IMG/VR virus record: IMGVR_UViG_3300044709_000119
Span: 1 to 47,688 of that record
Length of the DNA stretch: 47,688 nucleotides
From: a virus
Reading direction: 5' to 3' (one strand)
In this document: piece by piece, positions 1 through 7,538 of the stretch
How positions within the stretch are numbered: the first letter of the stretch is position 1
How the letters are laid out: each line of letters starts with the position of its first letter
The notes under the pieces: model-generated
The model's input: only the letters and a program-made list of their open reading frames with translations
What the model was told of the DNA's origin: nothing
The model's database searches: none
Translations under genes and position numbers: made by a program

Positions 1-127
1 ACGTTCGCACATCTGAGCGGCACGCAGCCTGACGCCTTGCTGAAATTCGTCTGCCCGGGGGCGGTGGACCTAGTGATGCAGCCGCCCCCGTCGGGCGGAT
101 TCTGGATGATCCGCCTGATCCCCATCA
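1..127. repeat. terminal overlap identical to 47562..47688 (circular closure or terminal redundancy of a complete phage genome)
   Basis: direct comparison: bases 1-127 equal bases 47562-47688 in the same orientation. Confidence 0.9.
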
Positions 128-435
128 CCACCCTTGGCGTGCTGATGGTTCCAGAGATCGTCTCTGCTGGGTCAACCGGGGGCCCCGTGCAACGAGGCGT
201 CGTCACCCTGTCATCTGGTGTCACGGCGACCATCTCAGCACACATCACGTCTGCCAGCCGGATCGTGGTCTCGCAGAAGAGCCCTTCTGGCACCGCCAAT
301 ACGGTCGAATACTCAGCACTGACGGGCGACCGCTCGACAGGATCTCCAGGTACGTTCAAGATCACAGCTTTGATTGCAGCTGGAACCATCAACACCGCAG
401 ACAACTCGACCGTTGACTGGGTGGTATCGAACTGA
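1..435 (+). CDS. C-terminal end of tail fibre/tailspike (continuation of 45429..47688 across the circular junction)
   Basis: frame 1 is open from base 1 to TGA 433-435. The duplicated 127 bp is in the same frame as the ORF opening at ATG 45429, giving one 855-aa ORF on the circle. Confidence 0.75.
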   Translation, partial: TFAHLSGTQPDALLKFVCPGAVDLVMQPPPSGGFWMIRLIPITTLGVLMVPEIVSAGSTGGPVQRGVVTLSSGVTATISAHITSASRIVVSQKSPSGTANTVEYSALTGDRSTGSPGTFKITALIAAGTINTADNSTVDWVVSN

Positions 436-442
436 GGAACCC

Positions 443-688
443 ATGACCAACCGAGACACCGAACGCCCCCCCATCCAAGACCAGATCGACGGCCTCTCGA
501 GGACACTGGCCCACTTGGAGGTCGAGCTGATGTTCACCATGAAGTACTGCCGCGCAGCCTCCTTGGCCCTCGGGGCCATCGCGATGGTCGGGGTCATCGA
601 CCAGGAGCGCGCCCTCTACCTCGAGCGCCAGAAGCAAGGCCCCGAGGATGATACCCAGCCGAGCGTACGGCTCAAGGTAGCCACCTGA
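443..688 (+). CDS. small membrane protein (one predicted TM segment)
   Basis: ATG 443 preceded by GAGGAA; hydrophobic stretch AASLALGAIAMVGVI; stop overlaps next start (TGATG). Confidence 0.55.
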   Translation: MTNRDTERPPIQDQIDGLSRTLAHLEVELMFTMKYCRAASLALGAIAMVGVIDQERALYLERQKQGPEDDTQPSVRLKVAT

Positions 689-780
689 TGCGCCCCTTCC
701 TAGTCTCACTGGCCGTCAACGCGCTCGTGCTTTACGTGGGGATCCGGTGGCTCCACCGAGCCACCCAAGGGGCGTCGTGA
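688..780 (+). CDS. 30-aa hydrophobic peptide (MRPFLVSLAVNALVLYVGIRWLH...)
   Basis: ATG shares its A with the upstream TGA; its own TGA abuts the GTG of the next ORF; single TM-like stretch; too short for the ORF track. Confidence 0.3.
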   Translation: MRPFLVSLAVNALVLYVGIRWLHRATQGAS

Positions 781-1029
781 GTGGCGCTCGAACCCCTGTC
801 CATCGGAGCACTTGCGACGAGTGTCCTGGCTGCACTCTCGGGGGCGACAGCCGCCATCTGGAAGGCTGCCCAAGCTCGCAAGGCAAAGCAGGAGAAGGAA
901 GTCGAGGATTTGCGGACCGAACTCAAGGCGTCTCAGAAAGAGCTGTTGCAGACAGCGCTGGCGCTCGCGAAGCTGCAAGGAAGATTCGAGCAGGAGCTCG
1001 CCCGTACCTCGAGTCCGCCGCCGACCTGA
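781..1029 (+). CDS. small protein with N-terminal TM segment plus coiled coil (holin/spanin-like position after tail genes)
   Basis: GTG 781; LSIGALATSVLAALSGATAAIW followed by a charged helical KAKQEKEVEDLRTELKASQKELLQ. Confidence 0.5.
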   Translation: MALEPLSIGALATSVLAALSGATAAIWKAAQARKAKQEKEVEDLRTELKASQKELLQTALALAKLQGRFEQELARTSSPPPT

Positions 1030-1118
1030 TGGACTGGGACGACGCCGACGAGGCTGATACAGGATTGCTACAAGCTGAGCTGAAACGCCTCAAGAGCGAC
1101 CGTCCCGAAACCTGAGCG

Positions 1119-1160
1119 TGTCACTTCTGTGTTGACAGTCACGCCCCAGTGTGCGATTCT
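1119..1160 (+). promoter_or_regulatory. sigma70-like promoter with conserved 19-bp motif TGTCACTTCTGTGTTGACA
   Basis: TTGACA (1132-1137), 17-nt spacer, GATTCT (1155-1160); in-frame GTG 1167 lies 6 nt after the -10 (leaderless geometry). Confidence 0.6.
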
Positions 1161-1166
1161 GGGTAC

Positions 1167-1652
1167 GTGAAACCGGAGACGCGCCACGAGCTGAAGACCG
1201 CAATCCGGGAGGCCATACGGGAGGAGGCGAGCTTTCTTCCCCACTGGACCGACACGCTGCCGCCTCTCCATGACAACGGCGCCGAGGAGGAGGTCCTGGC
1301 GGCAATGCTGCGCGGACACATCGCCAAGCCATTCCGTGGCCTCTGTGCCCACCACTTCTTCAGTGACTCCCACAAGTCGGTGTTCGCGCACGCGCACCTG
1401 GAGTGGGAGCGCCTGAAGCCAAATCTAACGCCAAATCTCATCTTCTGGTACGTGCAGCTGCTGAAGGACCGCGCTCCGAGTCCGCGCGATGTGCTCGAGT
1501 CGCGTGCTGATCGAATCATCGAGCTCGCCGCTGCCAGGAAGCTCTCGAACCTGATCCGCCGGCTCGACATCGAGCTCCACCACCAAACCATCCACACCTG
1601 CGACGCCGAGCATGAGCTTCAGGAATACCTCCTCAGACAGCAGTCCGAATGA
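1167..1652 (+). CDS. DnaB N-terminal-domain-like protein
   Basis: PPLHDNGAEEEVLAAMLRG...FFSDSHKSVFAHA resembles the DnaB_N signature (PP..EAE..VLG..L...F...H..IF). The track ORF opens at GTG 1149, inside the promoter spacer, so GTG 1167 is preferred. Confidence 0.6.
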   Translation: MKPETRHELKTAIREAIREEASFLPHWTDTLPPLHDNGAEEEVLAAMLRGHIAKPFRGLCAHHFFSDSHKSVFAHAHLEWERLKPNLTPNLIFWYVQLLKDRAPSPRDVLESRADRIIELAAARKLSNLIRRLDIELHHQTIHTCDAEHELQEYLLRQQSE

Positions 1653-1833
1653 GGCGCTTCAGCCGTGTGCGGTCTGCAAGTACGTTCTCTGTATCTGCGG
1701 AATCCAGCGCCTCCATGACCCCTTTTGCCAGAGACTCATGAAAATCCTCGATACCAAGCCAAGGCTCTGTTTGCCGCACTCCATGATCGCTTGTGGCGAG
1801 TGCTTCCCCTGCGACTGCGGGTCATCCACGTGA
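1612..1833 (+). CDS. Cys-rich small protein (73 aa)
   Basis: ATG 1612; clusters CAVCKYVLCIC and CGECFPCDC; TGA overlaps the GTG of the following cassette (GTGA). Confidence 0.45.
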   Translation: MSFRNTSSDSSPNEALQPCAVCKYVLCICGIQRLHDPFCQRLMKILDTKPRLCLPHSMIACGECFPCDCGSST

Positions 1834-2015
1834 AGCGCCTGGCGGGACCTCGCGAGCGGCTGGGGCGGCGGCTGGGGGGGCGGCTGTACCGGCGGCTGGA
1901 CTGGCGGCTGTGGCGGCGGCTATGCCGGCGGCTGGACTGGCGGCTGTGGGCGCGGGTGGGGCGGCGGCTGGAGGGGCGACTGGGGGGGCGGATCTATGAC
2001 AGGAGCCGCGCGTGA
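1830..2015 (+). CDS. junction cassette copy 1: (x-x-R-L)13 Arg/Leu repeat mini-ORF, 61 aa
   Basis: GTGAAGCGCCTGGCGGG head, 12-nt nnnnnnCGGCTG units, ATCTATGACAGGAGCCGCGCGTGA tail; start overlaps upstream stop and stop overlaps downstream GTG. Confidence 0.55.
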   Translation: MKRLAGPRERLGRRLGGRLYRRLDWRLWRRLCRRLDWRLWARVGRRLEGRLGGRIYDRSRA

Positions 2016-2224
2016 TCTGCGAGCTAGAGTTCGAGTGCTGCCAGCGCACCACTGTGGTCATGTTCGACGTGGGTCCGCTCGCTGGGCGAGGCAAGAACCG
2101 GAAGGCTTGCAGCGCCTGTTGGCGAGCGCTCACGGCGCGCCAAGCGCCACCGAAGCCTGCCACTGCGCCGAAGGTATCGGACGCGCTGCCCTCCATCAGG
2201 ATGCGCCAGCGCCCGCTGATGTGA
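2012..2224 (+). CDS. small Zn-ribbon-like protein (70 aa)
   Basis: GTG 2012 lies inside the cassette tail, 7 nt after AGGAG; contains ECC...CSAC. Confidence 0.5.
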   Translation: MICELEFECCQRTTVVMFDVGPLAGRGKNRKACSACWRALTARQAPPKPATAPKVSDALPSIRMRQRPLM

Positions 2225-2227
2225 CCT

Positions 2228-2305
2228 TGGTTGCGGAGAGCCGGATTCGAACCGGCGACCTATTGGTTATGAGCCAATCGCGCTACCAGACTGCGCCATC
2301 CCGCA
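2228..2305 (-). tRNA. tRNA-Met-like (anticodon CAT), atypical acceptor stem
   Basis: reverse complement reads TGCGGGA-TG-GCGC-AGTCTGGTA-GCGC-G-ATTGG-CTCATAA-CCAAT-AGGTC-GCCGG-TTCGAAT-CCGGC-TCTCCGCA-ACCA. D, anticodon and T arms are canonical; the acceptor needs a 1-nt bulge. Confidence 0.7.
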
Positions 2306-2321
2306 GAGCGCACTGTATACC

Positions 2322-2699
2322 CTAGAACGCTTCGGTGTCTAGGTAGGCGCCGCGGTACTCGGCCACGGCCGCGTTCTGCCAGTCGCGTCTCTGAGCGTTG
2401 GGCCAGCCCTCGAAGTGCCCCGCTGCGTCGTGGAACTGCCTGTGGTGCTTGAAGCACAGCGGGAAGGCCCAGCTGTCATGCGCCTTCTGCCCCTTGCCGC
2501 GCGGCGCGTGCCGGGCGGCGCCGTCGAGCTCCCAGGGCTTCACGCTGCCGCAGGTGGAGTGATGGGCCTGGACCTGCACCGGCGACGCGCAGACGTGGCA
2601 CGGGAGCGCCCTGATGCGGTCGAGGTAGCTCGGCTCGTCCGGAACCGTGGCGCCCTCAGACGGGTGAGCCCTGGCGTCGCGCTTCCTATGTAGGGTCAT
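2322..2699 (-). CDS. HNH-type nuclease, Ref/DUF968-like
   Basis: LPCHVC...AHH...GKGQKAHDSWAFPLCFKHHRQFH matches the CxxC...HH...G.K..D...PLC..HH..H pattern of Ref/DUF968 proteins. Confidence 0.5.
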   Translation of the reverse strand: MTLHRKRDARAHPSEGATVPDEPSYLDRIRALPCHVCASPVQVQAHHSTCGSVKPWELDGAARHAPRGKGQKAHDSWAFPLCFKHHRQFHDAAGHFEGWPNAQRRDWQNAAVAEYRGAYLDTEAF

Positions 2700-3336
2700 G
2701 TGAGTAATCCGTCCAGTGTCGTCATAATCCCAGCTCGGGTAGGCCCCCGGCCAGGGTTCCCACTTCCGCTCCTTCTGGGTCTCTTCTTCTCTGAGACCCT
2801 TCCAGTCAGAGAGGGCTATCTACGTTGCGGCTGCAATTAGGCTCCCACCCTGCCATCCAGCTCTGTCACGGCTTACGCCGCTGTGGGATGAGAGGAGCCG
2901 TCCCTGCAGTTTATGCTCGAGCGGCCCAGACGTCGTCAGTTGCACGGCATTCCTGGGTTTCTCCGTGCCCGCTATGGCCGGGGGCGCAGGCTTCTCTGCC
3001 TGTGATGGGCATAGGGTGCTTCCACCTGAGGTGCACGGATTCTCGCCCGATTGCTCTATGAGCGCCACGGGAGGCGACCGCCATTTCGACTGAAGTCGCG
3101 ATCCACTGCAAACGGGATCACTTGGGCGCCGCAAGACAAGCGCTTCGCCAGAGTCCTGGACCACGATAGTTCTCTCCTGAGCTTCTTCGGCCTTGTAGGC
3201 ATGAACGGCGTCAGGTAGGGTGGCCATCGTAGGTATTGCACCCGGACCCTACGCCGGCTTAGACCCCTGAGTCAACCGCAATGGACCGTAACATCCAGCG
3301 CCAGGTTGGTTGAGGGGCCTAGGCAGGGAAACACGG

Positions 3337-3534
3337 ATGAAACGGCGCGCGAAGCAGTACCTCGTGTTGATCGGATTCCAGGGCAGGATCCTTGGATGCT
3401 TCGTGGCAGGCGGCCAGTTTGCGCATCTGCTCGGAGAGATCCCGGTCGACCATCGCGACAGGCAGTACTGTGTTCGCGCGAAGACTCGTAAAGACGCCAC
3501 GTTCAAGGCGTACAAGCAATGGCTGACGAGGTAG
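3337..3534 (+). CDS. hypothetical protein (65 aa)
   Basis: ATG 3337; hand-counted GC3 about 77 percent versus about 66 percent for the overlapping minus-strand frame; ends 7 nt before the lipoprotein gene start. Confidence 0.35.
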   Translation: MKRRAKQYLVLIGFQGRILGCFVAGGQFAHLLGEIPVDHRDRQYCVRAKTRKDATFKAYKQWLTR

Positions 3535-3541
3535 AGGGAAG

Positions 3542-4003
3542 ATGAAAAACAAGACGTTCCTAGGGGTCCTATTGGCGCTGGCGTTCTCTGCGTGCGGAGG
3601 CGAGGCTCCAGACGAAACTGTGGCGCAGGTCGACAGTGAGCTCTGCAACGCGCACCGGCGCATGAACCTCATCGAGGTCTACGAGCGAGCGGGTGGCACT
3701 TGTGGGATCTGGCCCGGCGACACAAATGGCTCCGCCAAGAACCCGTGGTACTTCAACCTCGACACCCAGATCGCTTTCGGCAGCTACAACAGCCCCACGC
3801 GGTGCACGTACCTGTCCGCTGGTGCCTGCTCCACCTTTGCCGGAGTGGTCCTGTCGTTCAGCAACACGGCATTTTGCCAAGGCTTCCCCGAGGGCTGGTT
3901 CTACCTGGACATCTTCAACCAGTACTCGGGCGCCGTGATCCACAAGTACGGCGGCAGCTGCGACAGCACCTACGACGCAGTTGTCACGAAGGCATCGTAC
4001 TAG
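3542..4003 (+). CDS. putative secreted lipoprotein (moron-like, opposite to flanking genes)
   Basis: GAGGGAAG RBS; MKNKTFLGVLLALAFSAC signal with lipobox-like FSAC; Cys-rich mature part; followed by a hairpin. Confidence 0.75.
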   Translation: MKNKTFLGVLLALAFSACGGEAPDETVAQVDSELCNAHRRMNLIEVYERAGGTCGIWPGDTNGSAKNPWYFNLDTQIAFGSYNSPTRCTYLSAGACSTFAGVVLSFSNTAFCQGFPEGWFYLDIFNQYSGAVIHKYGGSCDSTYDAVVTKASY

Positions 4004-4020
4004 CGCTCCCTACTAAGCCT

Positions 4021-4050
4021 AGGGCGCAGGATCTCGAGTCTCTGCGCCCT
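4021..4050 (+). terminator. stem-loop after the lipoprotein gene (candidate intrinsic terminator)
   Basis: AGGGCGCAG, 12-nt loop, CTGCGCCCT (9-bp perfect stem), followed by TTGCTC (weak T tract). Confidence 0.45.
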
Positions 4051-4178
4051 TTGCTCATCGTGGAAAGAAATAAAGCGCAGGTCGATCCTGTCACACACGG
4101 GATTGCGTAATAGCCTGAGTCTCATGGACAACCTGGTCCACCGTTCCAGCGTTAGCGAACTCTCTTGCAACAGCCGCT

Positions 4179-4412
4179 TCACGTCTCCACCCCCTGCAAT
4201 AGTGCCGACAGCGAGCACCCGTAAGCTCGAGCGAACTTCTGCAGGGTCTTGAACTGGGGCGAGTAGTACCCGAGCTCTGTCTTCGCCAGGTAGTACGCGC
4301 TGACGCCGACCTGATTCGCCGCGAATGGCTGCGTCCACCGGTACGACTTGCGCCACTCCGCCAGCGCTCGGCCGAGCTGCGCGTATGGGCGCTTCCTGTT
4401 GCCGCGTTTCAT
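4179..4412 (-). CDS. XRE-family helix-turn-helix regulator
   Basis: LAEWRKSYRWTQPFAANQVGVSAYYLAKTELGYYSPQFKTLQKFARAYGCSLSALL has the Cro/CI-type HTH layout. Confidence 0.8.
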   Translation of the reverse strand: MKRGNRKRPYAQLGRALAEWRKSYRWTQPFAANQVGVSAYYLAKTELGYYSPQFKTLQKFARAYGCSLSALLQGVET

Positions 4413-4413
4413 T

Positions 4414-6171
4414 TCAGTCTTCTCCAGGTTGGCGTGTGCCGTACACGATTTCAGTGAGCTTGGCTGGGTCGATCTTCCCGTAGCGTCCCCAGCCCTGCTC
4501 GTTCAAGTAGGCCATGGCCTCTTTGGCCCGGTCAGCCTTCACCGCCGTCTCCACGATCCCATACTTTTTCAGCTGCTTCACCTGCTTAAGCGATGCTAAC
4601 CCATCGGCCTTGCGCCTGAACAGGGAGTCGAGAAGCTTCGAAGCAGCGGAGCGGCTCAGCCCCTCGAGCTCCTTGTCGTCGAGCCCGAACTTCTTCAGGG
4701 CATCCGCCTGGCGCTCGCTCGGAGGCTTGAACCCGAAACGCCGCGTGTAGCGCTCGGAGTCGCCCAGGTCGACGTCCAAGATCTTGAACGGATCCCACTG
4801 CGTCTCCCGCGACTTTACCCTCACCTTCGCCGCCATGGCTGCGCGGGCGAGCTTCTCTCGAGCCTCCTTGAGTGCCTCGCGGATGTCGGCCGAGTTGCCC
4901 TTCTTGAGGAGCTTTTTCGCCTCCTCTACTTCCTCGTCGGTGTGGTTTCCCGCAAGAGCGTCGACGGGTCCAACAAGCTTGTGCTTACCGGCATTTCCCA
5001 CGAAGTCCATGACCACGCAATTGGGCTTACGTGATCCCGCAATGGCGCCTCTACGACTCGCATCCTGTGACCGATCAGGAAACGAATCGATAACTCCGGG
5101 CAGCGAACGGAGGCCTCGACCAATCTTCTGAACGATGAGCGCTCGCGATTTGGTGGGTCGTCCCAGTACAATGAGTGAAGTAGGCGGCGCATCGAAACCT
5201 TCCGTCAAAATTGAGCAATTGTGGAGCTCCTTGAGCTCGCCATTCCGGAACCTTCGGATCGCGTTCTTCACCGGGCAGTCAGCGCCATCCGCACGGAGTT
5301 CGCCAGCCACCCACTCGGCGCTGCCCGGCCTGAGCGCGTTGGCTCGAGCAGCGGCCGCCTCAGCGCACCGAACCCCTGGCCAGAAGTAGAGCGCCGGCCT
5401 GTCAGGCTCGAGCTCCCGGGACCGCGCCACGATGCCGTTCACCGCCTTGAACATGGCGTCGTCTAGTTGCCCAGCCGACAGGTCACCGGCAGAGTCCTGG
5501 ACCCCGGAGATGTCAATCTCATCCAGTTGCACCGACTGACCCACGAGCGGAACCAGGAACCCGTCAGCGATGCCGTCCTCGATGTCGTACGTGAAAGCCA
5601 CATCCTCCAGGATCATCCCGAGCGCCACCTCGTCAGCACGGTCAGGAGTCGCTGTGACGCCAAGGCGCTTCGCATCGAAGAACTCGAACGCCCGCCTGTA
5701 CGTTGACGCTGTAAAATGATGCGCTTCATCTGCGATTACCAGGCCGAATCGCCCCTTCCCGAGGCGGTCAAGCCGCGCCTGGTTCATCGACTGAATGGAC
5801 CCGACTACGAGACGCTGGCTTGGAACGCTCCGCTCGTTGGCCTTCTCGACTCCGACACTCTCACCTGTCGCCACGGCAAGCGCGTCCGCAGCCTGGCGCA
5901 CGAGCTCGTCCCTGTGGGCCAGCACCAGCACGTTGGGGCTCGCATTGAAGTCGTACGGCCAGCAGCTGGCGATGTGGCTGAACGATCTGGTTTTGCCAAG
6001 TCCTGTAGCCATTACGAGCAGCGTTGACCGGTACTCCCGTAGGCTCGCCAGGATGCGCGACTCGGCCTCTGTCTGATACCAGCGAAGCCCGCTTCCGCGA
6101 GCCTCCGCCCTCACAGGAGCAGGCGGTACAGGGCGAGGAGGAGCATCGAAGAACCCAAGCTGCGAGCTCAC
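4414..6171 (-). CDS. superfamily 2 DEAD/DEAH-box helicase
   Basis: LRWYQ (Q motif), MATGLGKT (Walker A), VIADEAHH (DEAH), GVTATP (motif III); GTG start lies in the cassette tail. Confidence 0.9.
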   Translation of the reverse strand: MSSQLGFFDAPPRPVPPAPVRAEARGSGLRWYQTEAESRILASLREYRSTLLVMATGLGKTRSFSHIASCWPYDFNASPNVLVLAHRDELVRQAADALAVATGESVGVEKANERSVPSQRLVVGSIQSMNQARLDRLGKGRFGLVIADEAHHFTASTYRRAFEFFDAKRLGVTATPDRADEVALGMILEDVAFTYDIEDGIADGFLVPLVGQSVQLDEIDISGVQDSAGDLSAGQLDDAMFKAVNGIVARSRELEPDRPALYFWPGVRCAEAAAARANALRPGSAEWVAGELRADGADCPVKNAIRRFRNGELKELHNCSILTEGFDAPPTSLIVLGRPTKSRALIVQKIGRGLRSLPGVIDSFPDRSQDASRRGAIAGSRKPNCVVMDFVGNAGKHKLVGPVDALAGNHTDEEVEEAKKLLKKGNSADIREALKEAREKLARAAMAAKVRVKSRETQWDPFKILDVDLGDSERYTRRFGFKPPSERQADALKKFGLDDKELEGLSRSAASKLLDSLFRRKADGLASLKQVKQLKKYGIVETAVKADRAKEAMAYLNEQGWGRYGKIDPAKLTEIVYGTRQPGED

Positions 6172-6353
6172 GCGCGGCTCCTGTCATACAGCCGCACATA
6201 CAGCCGCCCCCACAGCCGCCCGCCCAGCCACGCCCCCAGCCGCTCACTCAGCCGCTCGTACAGCCGCCAGCCCAGCCGCTCGTACATCCGCCCGTTCAGC
6301 CGCCCGCTCAGCCGCCGGTACAGCCGCCCGCGAGGTCCCGCCAGGCGCTTCAT
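6168..6353 (-). CDS. junction cassette copy 2: (x-x-R-L) repeat mini-ORF, 61 aa
   Basis: ATGAAGCGCCTGGCGGGACCTCGCGGGCGGCTG head; 10 of 12 units are exactly CGGCTG; tail TATGACAGGAGCCGCGCGTGA overlaps the helicase GTG. Confidence 0.55.
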   Translation of the reverse strand: MKRLAGPRGRLYRRLSGRLNGRMYERLGWRLYERLSERLGAWLGGRLWGRLYVRLYDRSRA

Positions 6354-6480
6354 GGCCACCCCCAGAAGCGCCTGCCCAGCGTCCACCAGGGGTTGTCAAT
6401 AGACGATGCGCCGGTGCTCGCAATTCGCTTCCACGTCAGCCACTCGAACGGGTCGAGCCCTCGCCATTGTGCAATTCGTT

Positions 6481-7392
6481 TCACTCTCGGCTCCTGAGCA
6501 GGTCAGCCAGGCGCTCTGGTTTGGCGGCGACCATCACGATACGGTCCACCTGGTCGAAGAACTTGTCGTCCACTGATTCAATCTTCGCCTGGCAGATCCA
6601 CCCCTGCATCTCGCATAGCGCGCACGACTCCTGGACTCCAGCAACCCCCTTGCAGTATGGACAGAGGCTCGCGGGGAACATGTTGCCAAGCAGCACCTCG
6701 AGCTGAGCTGTGAGCTCCTCAGCGTTACGGCGCACGCGGTGCGGCATGGGCATGGTGCGCAGCGCCGCGAGGTGCGCCTTTGTCTTCGCGACTAGGTCAC
6801 GCGCCATCGCAACGCGGTACTGAATGGATCCGATCTGCTTCTTGAACGGCTCCTCGAGCGGCATGCCGATATCGTGGAGCTTCACCTCAACCTCGCGAGG
6901 CTTCTCGGGCTCCTCCTGGCTGTGGCGCCTGTAGGCTCGCGCCAGTAGCTTCTGGTCCACGCCAGCAGCCTTGGCCACGCGGGCCACGGCACGCTGCAAC
7001 GGGGTCTTCTTGCTCTTCTCCATGGTTACCTCGGGAAGTTCTCTCAATCGGTCAATCTCTTCGGTGAGCGCACGCAGCGACGACTCGTCTGCGTTGCGCC
7101 TGTGTGCGTCCTCGGCCAGTTCGATGAGCTTCGCTTCGCGGTCAGAGCAGCGAACGACACGGCAACGGATCTCAGCGCGCTGAAGGAGCACATGGGCCGC
7201 CACGCGGTCCCGCCCAGCCAGCAGCTGGTACCGAGACCCGTCCTTTCGAACAGTCGGAGGGTTGATCATCACCAGCTCATCTATCGACTGGGCCAGGCGC
7301 CTGACGTGGTCAGCTTGGGTGCGCTGACGGATCTCCCCGGGAAGCCACAGCTTGGCCATAGCAAGGACCTTCTCGCCGAGTTCCTCTATCAC
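6481..7392 (-). CDS. ParB/Srx N-terminal-domain-like protein with C-terminal Cys cluster
   Basis: RRLAQSIDELVMINPPTVRKDGSRYQLLAGRDRVAAHVLL resembles the ParB N-terminal box; CPYC...CALC near the C-terminus; GTG start lies in the cassette tail. Confidence 0.55.
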   Translation of the reverse strand: MIEELGEKVLAMAKLWLPGEIRQRTQADHVRRLAQSIDELVMINPPTVRKDGSRYQLLAGRDRVAAHVLLQRAEIRCRVVRCSDREAKLIELAEDAHRRNADESSLRALTEEIDRLRELPEVTMEKSKKTPLQRAVARVAKAAGVDQKLLARAYRRHSQEEPEKPREVEVKLHDIGMPLEEPFKKQIGSIQYRVAMARDLVAKTKAHLAALRTMPMPHRVRRNAEELTAQLEVLLGNMFPASLCPYCKGVAGVQESCALCEMQGWICQAKIESVDDKFFDQVDRIVMVAAKPERLADLLRSRE

Positions 7393-7538
7393 GCGCGACT
7401 CCTGTCATAGATCCGACCGTACAGCCGCTCGTGCAGCCGCTCCTCCAGCCGCTCGTACAACCGATCGTCCAGCCGCTCCCACAGCCGCCAGTACAGCCGC
7501 CCGTCCAGCCGCCCGCGAGGCTCCGCCAGGCGCTTCAC
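7389..7538 (-). CDS. junction cassette copy 3: (x-x-R-L) repeat mini-ORF, 49 aa
   Basis: GTGAAGCGCCTGGCGGAGCCTCGCGGGCGGCTG head overlaps the erf stop (GTGA); 7 of 9 units are exactly CGGCTG; tail ATCTATGACAGGAGTCGCGCGTGA. Confidence 0.55.
   Translation of the reverse strand: MKRLAEPRGRLDGRLYWRLWERLDDRLYERLEERLHERLYGRIYDRSRA

Noticed and set aside
1-127. The 127-bp repeat as a biological direct terminal repeat
   Set aside because: An exact overlap at contig ends that joins an ORF in frame is more simply explained by circular assembly closure. This cannot be settled without reads.
1149-1166. GTG 1149 as the start of the DnaB_N-like gene (the track ORF start)
   Set aside because: It lies inside the 17-nt spacer of the TTGACA/GATTCT promoter. 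GTG 1167 fits the promoter geometry. The choice remains uncertain.
2228-2305. The tRNA as the core of an attP site with an adjacent integrase
   Set aside because: No tyrosine- or serine-recombinase-like ORF was recognisable anywhere in the window. The locus contains a nearly full-length tRNA rather than only a 3' fragment.
2777-2799. A 7-bp-stem hairpin (GGGTCTC…GAGACCC) upstream of the Ref-like gene
   Set aside because: It has no T tract on either strand and no gene ending nearby on the plus strand, so the support is too weak to call a terminator.
2820-3227. A 135-aa minus-strand ORF in the accessory island
   Set aside because: Hand-counted GC3 is only about 62 percent against more than 70 percent in confident genes. 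It has no motif and no RBS, so it is left unannotated.
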